This document shows positions 40,460 through 50,661 of a stretch of DNA of 64,000 bases, piece by piece. A program made the translations under genes and the position numbers. The DNA is from Candidatus Krumholzibacteriia bacterium (lineage in GTDB: Bacteria > Krumholzibacteriota > Krumholzibacteriia > LZORAL124-64-63), in assembly GCA_046484865.1 (NCBI GenBank), contig JAWOID010000135.1, positions 11,512 through 75,511 of the forward strand, in the 5' to 3' direction. A model generated the notes under the pieces. That model was given only the letters and a program-made list of their open reading frames with translations. It had not been told where the DNA came from and searched no databases. Every line of letters starts with the position of its first letter. Position 1 is the first letter of the stretch.

Positions 40460-41044
40460 ATGACCATCGCGATCACCGGAAGCCTGCCGCAGCCGAACGC
40501 CCTGGTGCGGCCGGCGGCGTCCGAGGCGCCGACGACGACGAAACCGGCGCCCGCCGCCACCGCGCCGGCGACGGCGGAGACCTCGCCTGCGACCATCGCG
40601 GCGCCCGAGTCGCCCACGCGCGGCAAGGCGTCACGCGCGCACGTGCAGCAGAGCCTGCACCACCTCACCCGGGTCATCCGGCACGCCGTGAAGGACGCCA
40701 CCCGCGAGGCCGGCATGGATCCCGAGCAGGTGGCCGGCTATCGCGACCTGCTCCACGGGTTCCGCGACAGCCTCCAGGATACGTTCCACGCCGCCGGCAG
40801 CGGCCGCGACTTCGACCACTCGGTGGTGCTGGCGGGCGTCGGCGAGGCGATGACGTCGCTCACGGCCGGGTTGAAGGCGCTGCGCGGGGCCGACGACGAC
40901 GTGGAACCGGTGGAGACGCTGCCGGTGGAGAACCCGCCGGTCGCCCCCGACCCGGTGGGACCCCGGCCCGACGAGCCGACCACGCCGTTGCCGGACCTGC
41001 GGATCGCTCCGGAGCCGGGTGGTCTGCTGTCGGCGGTGGCCTAG
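40460..41044 (+). CDS. Hypothetical protein (Pro/Ala-rich termini, helical core)
   Basis: AGGGAG RBS before ATG 40460, host-like codon usage, hairpin at 41049-41074 after the stop. Confidence 0.65.
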   Translation: MTIAITGSLPQPNALVRPAASEAPTTTKPAPAATAPATAETSPATIAAPESPTRGKASRAHVQQSLHHLTRVIRHAVKDATREAGMDPEQVAGYRDLLHGFRDSLQDTFHAAGSGRDFDHSVVLAGVGEAMTSLTAGLKALRGADDDVEPVETLPVENPPVAPDPVGPRPDEPTTPLPDLRIAPEPGGLLSAVA

Positions 41045-41210
41045 CCGCCAGGGCGCGATCGAGCCCGCGCCCTGCATCGGGGATATCCCCCTACCTCGCG
41101 TCCTCCGGCTGCCGAGGCGAGCGCCCGCGTCTAAATTGCCAGCGTGAGCCTCGACCGACGGCGCCGGTGGTATCCGGCCGCCATCCGCACGATCTGCCCG
41201 GAGGACGTTC

Positions 41211-41462
41211 ATGAAGCGCATTCGGCGACCGAGAAGGAACCTGATGTCCGAGCGCCTGAAGGAGACCGTGGCCATCGCCATGGTCGGCGACGGACTGCTG
41301 GCGCTGGTGGAGCCGGAGCGGCACGTGCGGCTCTGGAACTCGGGGCCCGGCCTCTGGCGCTCGGCCATGGATCCGTTCGAGAAGCGCCCGATGGTCACAC
41401 GAGCGACAGCCGTCGCCCAGGTGGGGCTCGGGCTGTGGCTGGCGTCGCGACAGCGGGCCTGA
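41211..41462 (+). CDS. Small membrane protein
   Basis: GGAGGA RBS. Two hydrophobic segments (AMVGDGLLALV; AQVGLGLWLA). Confidence 0.65.
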   Translation: MKRIRRPRRNLMSERLKETVAIAMVGDGLLALVEPERHVRLWNSGPGLWRSAMDPFEKRPMVTRATAVAQVGLGLWLASRQRA

Positions 41463-41600
41463 AGGGCCTGAGTGCGGGAGCGGATGGTGCGGAAGGTGCT
41501 GGTGGTGAGATAGGTCGTGTCCGGGCTCGCGCAGTGGCCCTGATCGTCGCGTTCGACGCCACCATGGTCGCGAGCGTGTCGGCCCTGACCCTCCTCTTCG

Positions 41601-42026
41601 TCAGACCAGCCGCGCGGTCAGCTCGATCCGCTCCACCGCCGCCAGGGCCTTCGAAACCGGGCACGTGCTCTTGGTCTCCTCGGCCACCTGCTGGAACCTG
41701 GCGTCCTCGATCCCGGGTGCCGAAACCTCCGTGGACAGTTCGATCGCCGTGATCGTGAAGCCGTCGCCCTGCTTCTCGATCCGCACCCGGGCCGCGGTCT
41801 GGATGTTGCGCGGCGGCGCGCCCGCCTGTTCCAGGCCCAGGGACAGCGCCATGGAGAAGCAGCCGGCCAGCGCGGCGCCGATCATCTCCTCCGGATTGCT
41901 GCCTGTCTGCCCCTCGAAGCGGGTGCCCACGCTGAATGGCACCGGGTCGGCGTGCTCGGGCCGCATGATGCCCTTGCCGTCCTTGAGCGTGCCCTCCCAC
42001 GTCGCATTCGCCTTGCTGATCGCCAT
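41601..42026 (-). CDS. osmC: OsmC-family peroxiredoxin
   Basis: ANATWEGTLKDGKG, SNPEEMIGAALAGCFSMAL and CPVSKAL. AGGAGG RBS. Confidence 0.93.
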   Translation of the reverse strand: MAISKANATWEGTLKDGKGIMRPEHADPVPFSVGTRFEGQTGSNPEEMIGAALAGCFSMALSLGLEQAGAPPRNIQTAARVRIEKQGDGFTITAIELSTEVSAPGIEDARFQQVAEETKSTCPVSKALAAVERIELTARLV

Positions 42027-42149
42027 CGCTCCACCTCCTGTTCGAATGGTCCGTCCAAGGTAGACCAGGATGATCGCGGCCGCTCACCGCCCCGGCGGCC
42101 CCCGCTCGCTTCTCGGTCCGCCGCCGGTCCACGGCCGGTCCACGGCCTG

Positions 42150-42372
42150 GTTGACGGCCGGAGACAGGATCGTCGACTTCTGGACCGTGGAGGGGACGCA
42201 CACCGAGAACCTGCGCGGCCTCCCTCCCACCGGACGGCCGGTGCGGTTCTCGGGCGTGGCGATCGACCGGGTTGCGGGGGACCTGGTCGTGGAGGAGTGG
42301 GTCTTCTTCGACATGCTCGGCCTGCTGCGGCAGCTCGGCATGACGGTGGTGCCCGCCGACGCAGCCAAGTGA
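42150..42372 (+). pseudogene. C-terminal fragment of a SnoaL-like ester cyclase
   Basis: GDRIV..WTVEGTHT..GLPPTGRPVRFSGVAIDRV...VVEEW..DMLGLLRQLG. The N-terminal half is not recognisable. Confidence 0.6.
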
Positions 42373-42502
42373 AGGCGCCGGGGCACCACCGGGTCATCCC
42401 TCCACAAGCGTGATCTGCGCAACGCTCGAGCCACTCGAGCAGGCGCCGCGTCGAGCCCCCACGTCCAGCCCCGTTCACGGAAGCCGCGGTGATCCGGGCT
42501 CT

Positions 42503-42665
42503 TCACCGCAGGCGCATCCTGCCCAGCAACTCCTGGTACCGAGGGTCGTCCCGGACCGGATCCAGCCAGGGATACGACTTGATCGGCATGACGAGCGGAT
42601 CGCGCTGGTCGATGGCCGCCGTCAGGCATCGGAAAACCTCGTCCCATTCGTCCAGTCCCGGGCGC
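42503..42665 (-). pseudogene. Orphan C-terminal tail of a TPR-containing kinase/cyclase-type protein
   Basis: FRCLTAAIDQRDP..PWLDPVRDDPRYQELLGRM matches the usual '..DPLRxDPRF..LL.RM' terminus. No matching upstream domains. Confidence 0.5.
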
Positions 42666-43556
42666 GAACGGCGGTTGCGCCAGGCGGAGACTTGACCGCG
42701 TGCTCGGTCCCCCACTATCATGGACACCTGATAGCGTAACCTCATATTGCGGAACATCGGTGCAAATGATCGGCGGGCTCGCTCGTGTCCACTCCCCCGA
42801 CCGTCCGCGTCCTGCTTGTGGACGACGACGCGCACTTCGCCGCCACCTGGGCTGAACTGCTCGGGGGCATCTTCGTCGTGGCGACCGTGCCGGACATCGA
42901 CGCGGCGCGGCGGGCCATCTGGCGCAACGCATGAACCAGCGTCGAACTTAACGAGAGATTGAGGATGTGGTTCTCGGCCTTGGCCAGCTCGATCCCGGTC
43001 TCGAGCACCTGTACCAGCTCGAGAACCCGGTCCTTGTCGAATGCGTGCCCCGCAACGATCTCCTGATACTCTGCCCTACATTCCCGTTCTCGAACGTTCA
43101 CGTAATCAACTGCCCACTCGAGGTCCCAGAGAAGGCTCGCCCCAGGCCGTGTGCCGCCGCGAACTGCTGCGATCTCACCGCGTCGGCGCGTGCTCTTGCG
43201 GCCGACCGCTGCACGTTCAGCCAGTGCTCGAACGCGCCGGATCCAAGTGCACGGTCGATGACTCTCCGTGGTGAATTGCCGAGTACGCGCCGGTCCCCCA
43301 TCGACGGCTCCTCGCGCTGCGCAGACAGCAGGCATCTGCTCTGGCTGGCATCAGTCGCGGCGTGGTTCCGCCGAACAACGATCGTGAGGGCCGGCTTTCG
43401 ACATGCACGTGCGGGATCTCCGGGACGTCACTGATCAGGTCCTCCGCGAACGTCCGCGCGGCGCACAGCCCGCGCAGATCGGCCAGCCCGAGCCCATTCA
43501 CCGGCTCGACGTCGCTCAAGCGGGCCTGCGCCCGGTTGCGGATGAGCGCCACCGCC

Positions 43557-43653
43557 CAGGGTCGGTGGCGCTCCGGCGCGCATTTCCGGGTCCACCATGG
43601 AAGTTCGGCGAACGGTGGCGTGGCGCTCTCGGGTTTAGCTGCGTCCGCGGCGA
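43557..43653. repeat. 97-bp direct repeat, copy 1
   Basis: 94/97 identical to 46121-46217 by manual alignment. Confidence 0.92.
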
Positions 43654-43769
43654 ATGGAGCGGCCTGGCCAAGTAGAGACAATCCCATTTCTCGGCCCCCG
43701 GCCGCCGACGACCGGGGCCTTCGATCCGTAACGCCCATGGCATCGGCGGATGCGCGAGGGGATGCGTCG

Positions 43770-46223
43770 TCAGCGGACGATGACCACCTTGCACGCGCCG
43801 GCACGGTCGCCCTGGCGCACGTGCACGAGGTAGACGCCCGACGGTGCCGTTGCGCCGCCGGCGGTACGGCCGTTCCAGATGGTCTCACCGCTCCCGGCAC
43901 CCGGCGGCGGCGCGGCCGTGCTCCACACCTCGCGACCGGCGGCGTCGAAGATGCGCACCTGCACCGGCTCGCCGCCCTCGGCCTCGTAGCGGATCGCGAC
44001 CTGGTCGTAGAACGGGTTGGGTACCGCGCTCACCGTGGGCGCGGCGGGCGGCGGCGTCCGGCTCAGGTCGTCGAGCAGGTGACGCATCGCAGCGTGGATC
44101 CGCAGCAGACCGGCGCCGGCAGCATCGACGTCGGTGCCGCCTCCGGCGGGCGCCGCCCCCGCTTGCAGGTAGCGCAGGCACGCTGCCGCGTCGAGGTCGG
44201 GCCGGAGTTCGAGCAGGAGCGCCACGGCTCCGGCCACGAAAGGGGCGGCGGCGCTGGTGCCGTGGAAGGCGGCGAAGCCGTTGGGGTTGTCGGCATCGGG
44301 CGCGGTGACGACGAAGCCGGGCGCCGCGATGTCCACCACGGCGGCACCATCCAGGCGAGGACCGCGGCCGCTGAAGAAGGCGATGCTGTCGTCGAAGTCG
44401 TCGTAAGCCGCCACGCCGATGGCGCAGTCGGCGGTGGCGGGCCACGTGGCGGTGGCGGCGACCTCGGTGCCGGTCATCCAGCTCGACGGCGACACCCAGC
44501 CCGAGGCGTCGTCGAAGAAGTAGCCGTGGATCTCACCGGCCCGGCCGGCGAAATCGAACCGCCAACGCCCTCCCGCCGAGGCCTCTTCGTCGGTAGCGGT
44601 CAGTCGCAGGTCCAACCGCCGGGTGCCACGGGGCGAGACCGTCAGGCAAGACCACAGGCGATAGCCCGCGGTCGCTACCGTACTGCCGTCGAGCGGGAGC
44701 GCCACGGCCGCTTCGCCGGGGGGCTCCACCCTGAGGCCGCGGCCGACCTCGTCGGTCCAGTGGAAGCTGATCCAGACCGTCGTGGCTGCGCCGTCCACGT
44801 CCAGGGCCTGGTCGTCCTCGCTCCCGAAACGGGCGTGCATGGTGCTGCTGCCCAGGTTGCCCACCGGGACCACGAACACGACGCCGGCATCCGCCGCGAA
44901 CTCGTCCATCATCGTCTCGAGGTTCGACGACCCGTCGAGCGAGCGCCACACCCACTCGCCGTTCTCGATGAGGACCACCCTTGCTCCCTCGGCCACCGCC
45001 CACGCCAGCCCCGCCTCGGTGGAGGTCGTGGGCTGCGGCTCATCCGGGTAGTCCAGGATCACGTGGAGCAGCTCGACTCCGGGAGCGGCCCCGGTCATGC
45101 GGTGTCGTCCGGCCGAGCCGCCGGCCAGGATGCCGCTGACCGGGGTGCCATGGTTCCACAGATCGCCCTCGCAGGCGAGCAGGTCGACCCCGCGCCGGTA
45201 GACGACGCCCGCCCGGTCGCGGATGGCGCGGATGCAGCTGGGGCCGAGCGCCAGCAGGGGCTCGCCGACGTCGAGGCTGCCGTCGCCGTCGCGGTCGTCG
45301 CAAAGGAACAGGCGCTCGCCCAGGCAGGGGTCGGTGTCGTCGTAGGCGGGTGGCCCCTGGTCCAGGTTCCAGTCGACGTCCACGTCGTTGAAGAGATAGT
45401 CGAGGTCGGCGTCGTAGAGTCCGGTGTAGTTGCCGAACCGCGACGTGCCGGTGGCCTCGCGGTGGCGCAGCCGCTCGCACGGGCCGGCCACGCCGTCGCG
45501 GTCGAGGTCCACGGCATCACCGTCGGTCAGGGTGCCGCTGCCGTCCACGTCGAGCCACGTGAACGACTCGCCGGAGAGCCGAAAGAGACTGGCATGGAGG
45601 ACGTTCACACCGGTGTCCATGTCGCACACGATCACGCCCCGACCGGTGACCGTGCCGCCCAGAGGCGACGGCACGGTCCATGCCCGGTCGGCCTCCACCT
45701 GCGGGATCATCCTCGCCAGGGGGGGCACCGAGGGCGGGCGCCAGGCGCACTCCACGCGCATCACGTCGGCGCGCTCCGCCAGGTGCGGCAGCGCGGCGAG
45801 GGGAATCCACGCAGGCCGGACGGTCCGGCTACCCTGCATCGCGAACCTCAGGCCGTGGGACTCCAGTTCGCGGAGCCGATCCTCTCCGGGCGCGGCGGTG
45901 AACCGGATGGAGCCGGCGAAGCCGGTGGTTTCGAGAGCGCCCCACTTCGCAGAAGTTGCCGCGAGGTAGGCTACGGGTGCGTCGAGCCTGGTCATTGTGG
46001 TCGCAACATCGGGGGCGGTCCGGGTTGACGCGACTGTCTCGGCGAAGGCCGGCTGGAAGGCTGCGGGGAGAGCTGGAAAGAGGAAGAGGAGGACGACCGG
46101 GAGGAGCTTGCGCTCGGGAACAGGGTCGATGGCGCTCCGGCGCGCATTTCCGGGTCCACCATGGAAGTTCGGCGAACGGTGGCGTGGCGCTCTCGGGTGA
46201 AGCTGCGTCCGCGGCGATGGCAA
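43770..46223 (-). CDS. Secreted S8 peptidase with Ca-binding DxDxDG inserts and a C-terminal FlgD-Ig domain (start uncertain)
   Basis: CDMDTG / NHGTPVSG / HGTSAAAPF triad. PNPF..IFDAAGREV..WNGR..SGVY tail. Confidence 0.85.
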   Translation of the reverse strand: MPSPRTQLHPRAPRHRSPNFHGGPGNARRSAIDPVPERKLLPVVLLFLFPALPAAFQPAFAETVASTRTAPDVATTMTRLDAPVAYLAATSAKWGALETTGFAGSIRFTAAPGEDRLRELESHGLRFAMQGSRTVRPAWIPLAALPHLAERADVMRVECAWRPPSVPPLARMIPQVEADRAWTVPSPLGGTVTGRGVIVCDMDTGVNVLHASLFRLSGESFTWLDVDGSGTLTDGDAVDLDRDGVAGPCERLRHREATGTSRFGNYTGLYDADLDYLFNDVDVDWNLDQGPPAYDDTDPCLGERLFLCDDRDGDGSLDVGEPLLALGPSCIRAIRDRAGVVYRRGVDLLACEGDLWNHGTPVSGILAGGSAGRHRMTGAAPGVELLHVILDYPDEPQPTTSTEAGLAWAVAEGARVVLIENGEWVWRSLDGSSNLETMMDEFAADAGVVFVVPVGNLGSSTMHARFGSEDDQALDVDGAATTVWISFHWTDEVGRGLRVEPPGEAAVALPLDGSTVATAGYRLWSCLTVSPRGTRRLDLRLTATDEEASAGGRWRFDFAGRAGEIHGYFFDDASGWVSPSSWMTGTEVAATATWPATADCAIGVAAYDDFDDSIAFFSGRGPRLDGAAVVDIAAPGFVVTAPDADNPNGFAAFHGTSAAAPFVAGAVALLLELRPDLDAAACLRYLQAGAAPAGGGTDVDAAGAGLLRIHAAMRHLLDDLSRTPPPAAPTVSAVPNPFYDQVAIRYEAEGGEPVQVRIFDAAGREVWSTAAPPPGAGSGETIWNGRTAGGATAPSGVYLVHVRQGDRAGACKVVIVR
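46121..46217. repeat. 97-bp direct repeat, copy 2
   Basis: CAGGGTCGATGGCGCTCCGGCGCGCATTTCC...GCTGCGTCCGCGGCGA. Three mismatches to copy 1. Confidence 0.92.
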
Positions 46224-46471
46224 TCCGTGACCTCCCGTCCGCCCGTGAACTGAGGGTACGGGCTGCGGTCGACGGGATCAACGGGTGGGGAGCCGAAGTC
46301 ACCTGCGGATTGAAGGGGTTGTCTGGGCGGGGCCCTCTTGCGGGGGGTGGGGTGATTCCATACGATCATCCGCCGGACGGAACGGATACGACCATCGTCG
46401 CGGCCACGGATGCCCGCCCTGTCTCGCCCATATCTGTAGGATTCGCCCTACCTGATCCGAGGGAGGTCGCG

Positions 46472-46891
46472 ATGAGAACCTTGCGCACGACGTTCATGAT
46501 CGGCGCCATCCTGGCCCTCGCCGGCACAGCCTTTGCCCACTCCCTGACCGGTCCGGCCGTCGTGCAGGCCGACGGTGCCGGACACTTCGCGTACGAACTG
46601 ACCCTGGTCGTGGATTCCGCCACGGAGCTGGGATACGCCGAGTGGAGCGGAACAGAGAACACCGACCTGGAATGGACTCACGTCGACGGGTTCTGCGCCA
46701 CACCGCACGAGATCGGGACGTTCATGATCCCGATGGAGGGGAACCTGCTTCACCCCGAGATGGGCGCGGCGGCGATGTATGTCTACGCGCTCTGCGACGG
46801 GTGGACGGGAGAGGTCCACACCGACATCCTGGCCCCGACCGTCGCCGCCGAGCACGAGACCTGGGCGGCCGTGAAGCGGATCTACCGCTGA
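46472..46891 (+). CDS. Small secreted protein with C-terminal TWxxVKxxYR tag
   Basis: GGAGG RBS, signal peptide MRTLRTTFMIGAILALAGTAFA, ends ETWAAVKRIYR. Confidence 0.8.
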   Translation: MRTLRTTFMIGAILALAGTAFAHSLTGPAVVQADGAGHFAYELTLVVDSATELGYAEWSGTENTDLEWTHVDGFCATPHEIGTFMIPMEGNLLHPEMGAAAMYVYALCDGWTGEVHTDILAPTVAAEHETWAAVKRIYR

Positions 46892-47072
46892 AGGCCGACG
46901 GCGCGAGTGCCCGGGTGGCCGCCGGGTGGCCCGGGTACTCGGACGGCCAGGCGACCGCGGGCGTCGCGAGCTGGTCTGGGACGGCTGCGACGCGGCGGCT
47001 GGGCGGTCGCCTCGGGCGTGGACCGTGGGGCTGCGGGAGAGTCATAAGCAGCCCATGGCGTCGCGCCTGCGA

Positions 47073-50000
47073 TCAGGTCCGGCCCTTGCCCGCCTCGAGG
47101 ATCCGGCAGTAGAGGTTCAGCCGCTCCATCGCCTCCACCGATCCGCACGATGCCGACGCCAGACCCGGCGCGCCCACGACGATCGCGAGGCTCTTCGCCC
47201 GGCTGATGGCCACGTTCAGGCGGTTGCGGTTCAGCAGGAACTCCAAACCGCGCGGGGCCGCGTCGGCTGAGCTGGCGCACATAGAGACGATCACGACCGG
47301 AGCTTCCTGCCCCTGGAACTTGTCGACGGTGCCGACCCGCGCTCCGTCCGGCAGCGCGCGGCGGAGCCGGCGCACCTGCATGTTGTAGGGCGCGACGACC
47401 AGGATGTCGTCGAGCGTGATCGGCCGCGACGAGCCGATCCCGGGCGTCCAGGCGCAGCGGAGAAGCTCCTGCACGGCCGCGACGATCGCCTCCACCTCCT
47501 CGTCGCTCGCCTGGGTGTTGCCTTCGTGCTCCACCGGCAGGAAGACCAGCCCGGCTCCGCGCGGGACCGGACCGTCAGGCCAGTCCGGACCGTCCGGACC
47601 GTCCGGACCGTCCGGACCGTCCGGACCGCCCGCACCGCCACACACGACCACCCTCTCCGCCGTGTGCTCCTCCGGTCGCAGGCGCCCCTCGTAGACCGCC
47701 CCGGAGATAAACTCGCAGAGTTCGGGATGCAGGCGCCACGTCTTCGCCAGGAAGATGCCGAGATCGTCCGGGATGGTGGCGTGATCCTCGAGCAGGTACG
47801 CCAGCGCCGACTGCCCGCTCTCCCCCGGGTGCGAGCCCTTCATCGGCTGGCCGAGCTGCATCTGGTCGCCGAGCAGGATCAGGTTGCGCGCGGCGCGGGA
47901 CATGGCCACCAGGTTGGCCACTGACACCTGACCGGCCTCGTCGACGAAGAGATAATCCAGCCGATCCTCCAGGTCGGGGCGGGAGAAGAACCAGGCTGTG
48001 CCGGCGATCAATCCGCCGTCGAAGGCCGCGGCGGCGTCGCTCGATCCGAGGCAGAGCAGGTCGGGGTACTTCCTGCAGATGTCGTCGGTGTCCTTCTCTC
48101 CGACCTTGATCCCAACGAGGTGTCTGTCCTGCCGGTCCCCGACCGCGTCGAGCAGGTTGTGGATGGCCTTGTGGCTGTTCGACGTGACGCCCACGGACTT
48201 TCCGTCGGCCAGGAGCTGCGCGATCATCGATGAGCCGGTGTAGGTCTTGCCCGAGCCGGGCGGCCCCTGGATGCACAAGGTGGTGCCGTCCAGAGCCTGC
48301 GCGATCCGGACCGCCCCTGCGCACGAGTCCTCATCCGGTTTCAGGAGCGGCCCGCCGCCATGGCCCCGGATCCGCGGGGGCTTGCGATGGAGGAACGTCT
48401 CCAGGCATCCGGACAACCCGCCGCTCGTTGCGTACGCGGTCACGACGTCGTCGATGGCCGCCTCGATGGGCGCCGGCGAGATCCACTCGTTGGGGATCAA
48501 GCAGAGGTCGCGGGGTGGCCCATCGCCGAGCCGACTCCGTGCACTGGGGCCGAGCACGACCAGGACGCGGCCCTCGTCCGTCATCTGGGCCACCGTGGCC
48601 TTGATCGCGAGATCGTGGGCGAAGATGACCTTGTCGCCGGCCGCGATCTTCGTGTCCTGGTCGGGGTCGTAGCGGTACCAGTAGCCGATCGAGCGGGCGA
48701 GCGGGATCGGCGAATCAGGCTCGCGCACCAGGCCGCCCAGGCAGTGGACATCCTCGCACAGTTCCTCCGCAGTCATGGCGTGGCGGTCGAACATCGCCCA
48801 CCAGACCGGCTTCGACTCGCGGCGGTGGAACTCGAGCAGATGGGCCAGGAGTTCCTGGACCCGCCAGCTTTCGGGGTCGGCGCCCCGTGCCTGCTCGTTC
48901 CTGGGGATCTCATCCAGGAGCCGGGCGGCCAGTTCCTTGCGACGGACGACCTCCGGCGACAGTTCCTTCGGCTCGGTCTCCGATCCGTCCCGCGGCGGGA
49001 TCCAGCCGATCCCGGCCTCGGCCTGCCGCGCGCGCAGCCACTCGGCCAAGAGGACCGTGGAGCGGCAGTCGTCGGCGTTGTAGTCGCGGATGCCCTTCAG
49101 GATCGGCGACTCGCGCCAGTCCCTCGACTCGCCTGACTCGAGCCAGCGCTCGAACGCGACCAGAGAAGCGCCGGCGTCGGTAACCTCGCCGTCGCGTTGG
49201 TCGAGGTAGAGGTGCTCCACGTTCTTGATCGAGAAGGCCGGCTCGCCGATCCGCAGGCCCTCGCGGACCACGCGGTAGAGATCGACGAAGACGTGCCCAC
49301 GCAGGAGATCGTCCACCTCGTCCTCGCGGGTTCCGTAGCGCCCCATCAACCGCCGGACTGCGGTCGTTTCGTACGGGGCGTAGTGGTACACGTGCATCGT
49401 CGGGTCGCGCCGGCGGCGCTCGACCACCCAGTCGACGAAGGACTCGAAGGCGCGCTGCTCCGATTCGGGATCGAAGGCCCACCAGTCCTCGAACCGGATC
49501 TCCCCGTCTTCGCGGTAGCTGGCCCCGAACAGGTACTCGAGGCCGTCGATCACGAGCGGGTAGCCCTCGATGTCGAAGAAGACGTCCCTCGGCGACGGCG
49601 GCGGCAAGCAGGCGAGGCCGCGGCGCGGGTCGTCCGGATCCGGTTCGAGCAGCCGGTACTCGGGTCGGTCGCGGCCGGCCGAGGCGCGCTGCAGCGCCGC
49701 CTGCTCCTTGAGGGTGGCGAACATGCCGTCGTCGAGGCGCGGCACGCGCGGCAGGTCCGTGGTGGCGAGCGCTTCGAGCGTCGTGATTCCCGCCGCCTGC
49801 AGCTTGCGGATCTGGGTCTGGCGGATGTTCGCGACGCGGCAGAGGTGATCGGCGTCCTCGAGCAGCTTCTCCGCGTGCGACGCCCAGCGGCCGTGGTTCG
49901 CGCCGGGTTCGGGGAACGGCGGTGCATCGGGATCGAACGCCGCGAACCGCTCGAGATAGGCGTCGCGCAGGTGGCGATAGTAGTAGAAGAAGTCCTCCGT

Positions 50001-50522
50001 CCGGAACGCGCGCTGCTCGTTCGTGCCGAGGACCACCTGCACCCGGTCCGGTCGCCGGCCCTGGAGCGGCTCGAGCATGTCGGCGTAGGCGCAGAGCTGG
50101 ACCAGGAAGTACGGCCGTGCCTTGCGCGCGAGCTTCGTGTCCCACACCTCGTAGAGGCCCGTCTTCGGGTCCCGAACGAGAAAGTCGGCCAGGCCGGCGA
50201 AGCCATCACGGGCGAGGTAGGCCTGGTAGATGAGGTCGCGGCCCTGGGCGATGGCCTGTGCGGTGGCGGCGGAGGCGTCGGCGTCTGGGGCGCGTTCGAT
50301 GGAGCAGACGTCGCGGCCTTGCGCCTTCAGAGAGGCGAGGAACGCCTCCTCGTGCTGCACGCCCTTGCGCATGATGAGGGCAGCCTGCTCGTCCGGCTGG
50401 TCGGGACCAGGCCGGTCGGGGAAGTCCAGATGCAGGCGGTCCATGAAGCTCGCGAAGGGAGACTCCATGAAGGTGATGAGGTCGCTGGGGGAGTGGAGGT
50501 AGGCGCCGCGTACTATTCGCAT
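47073..50522 (-). CDS. TM0106-family RecB-like nuclease fused to an RNase-H-like domain and a DNA2/NAM7-type SF1 helicase
   Basis: SPSDL, GLADFL..VWDTKLA..QLCAYA nuclease; FFDIEG, YHYAPYE, YNADDC; QGPPGSGKT, DEAGQ, GDQMQL, TVDKFQGQE and RLNVAISRA. Confidence 0.93.
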   Translation of the reverse strand: MRIVRGAYLHSPSDLITFMESPFASFMDRLHLDFPDRPGPDQPDEQAALIMRKGVQHEEAFLASLKAQGRDVCSIERAPDADASAATAQAIAQGRDLIYQAYLARDGFAGLADFLVRDPKTGLYEVWDTKLARKARPYFLVQLCAYADMLEPLQGRRPDRVQVVLGTNEQRAFRTEDFFYYYRHLRDAYLERFAAFDPDAPPFPEPGANHGRWASHAEKLLEDADHLCRVANIRQTQIRKLQAAGITTLEALATTDLPRVPRLDDGMFATLKEQAALQRASAGRDRPEYRLLEPDPDDPRRGLACLPPPSPRDVFFDIEGYPLVIDGLEYLFGASYREDGEIRFEDWWAFDPESEQRAFESFVDWVVERRRRDPTMHVYHYAPYETTAVRRLMGRYGTREDEVDDLLRGHVFVDLYRVVREGLRIGEPAFSIKNVEHLYLDQRDGEVTDAGASLVAFERWLESGESRDWRESPILKGIRDYNADDCRSTVLLAEWLRARQAEAGIGWIPPRDGSETEPKELSPEVVRRKELAARLLDEIPRNEQARGADPESWRVQELLAHLLEFHRRESKPVWWAMFDRHAMTAEELCEDVHCLGGLVREPDSPIPLARSIGYWYRYDPDQDTKIAAGDKVIFAHDLAIKATVAQMTDEGRVLVVLGPSARSRLGDGPPRDLCLIPNEWISPAPIEAAIDDVVTAYATSGGLSGCLETFLHRKPPRIRGHGGGPLLKPDEDSCAGAVRIAQALDGTTLCIQGPPGSGKTYTGSSMIAQLLADGKSVGVTSNSHKAIHNLLDAVGDRQDRHLVGIKVGEKDTDDICRKYPDLLCLGSSDAAAAFDGGLIAGTAWFFSRPDLEDRLDYLFVDEAGQVSVANLVAMSRAARNLILLGDQMQLGQPMKGSHPGESGQSALAYLLEDHATIPDDLGIFLAKTWRLHPELCEFISGAVYEGRLRPEEHTAERVVVCGGAGGPDGPDGPDGPDGPDWPDGPVPRGAGLVFLPVEHEGNTQASDEEVEAIVAAVQELLRCAWTPGIGSSRPITLDDILVVAPYNMQVRRLRRALPDGARVGTVDKFQGQEAPVVIVSMCASSADAAPRGLEFLLNRNRLNVAISRAKSLAIVVGAPGLASASCGSVEAMERLNLYCRILEAGKGRT

Positions 50523-50661
50523 GGCAGCTCTTGCTCTCTCGGGAGGCGGGATACTCGACGGGTGAATTCAGGTGCTCGGGTACCCGATTCACAATATGAG
50601 CCCTACTCGTTCCATTTAGTGGAACGGTTCTGCCGTTTGGCGACCGGGCTCGGGTGGTAAT

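Noticed and set aside
43557..46217. Integron attC sites
   Set aside because: No RYYYAAC/GTTRRRY ends recognised and no integron integrase in the window.
23188..50660. Other long shadow ORFs (23188-25707, 26218-27867, 27792-30320, 38187-39875, 43362-46028, 49197-50660)
   Set aside because: They overlap well-supported genes on the opposite strand and show no motifs.
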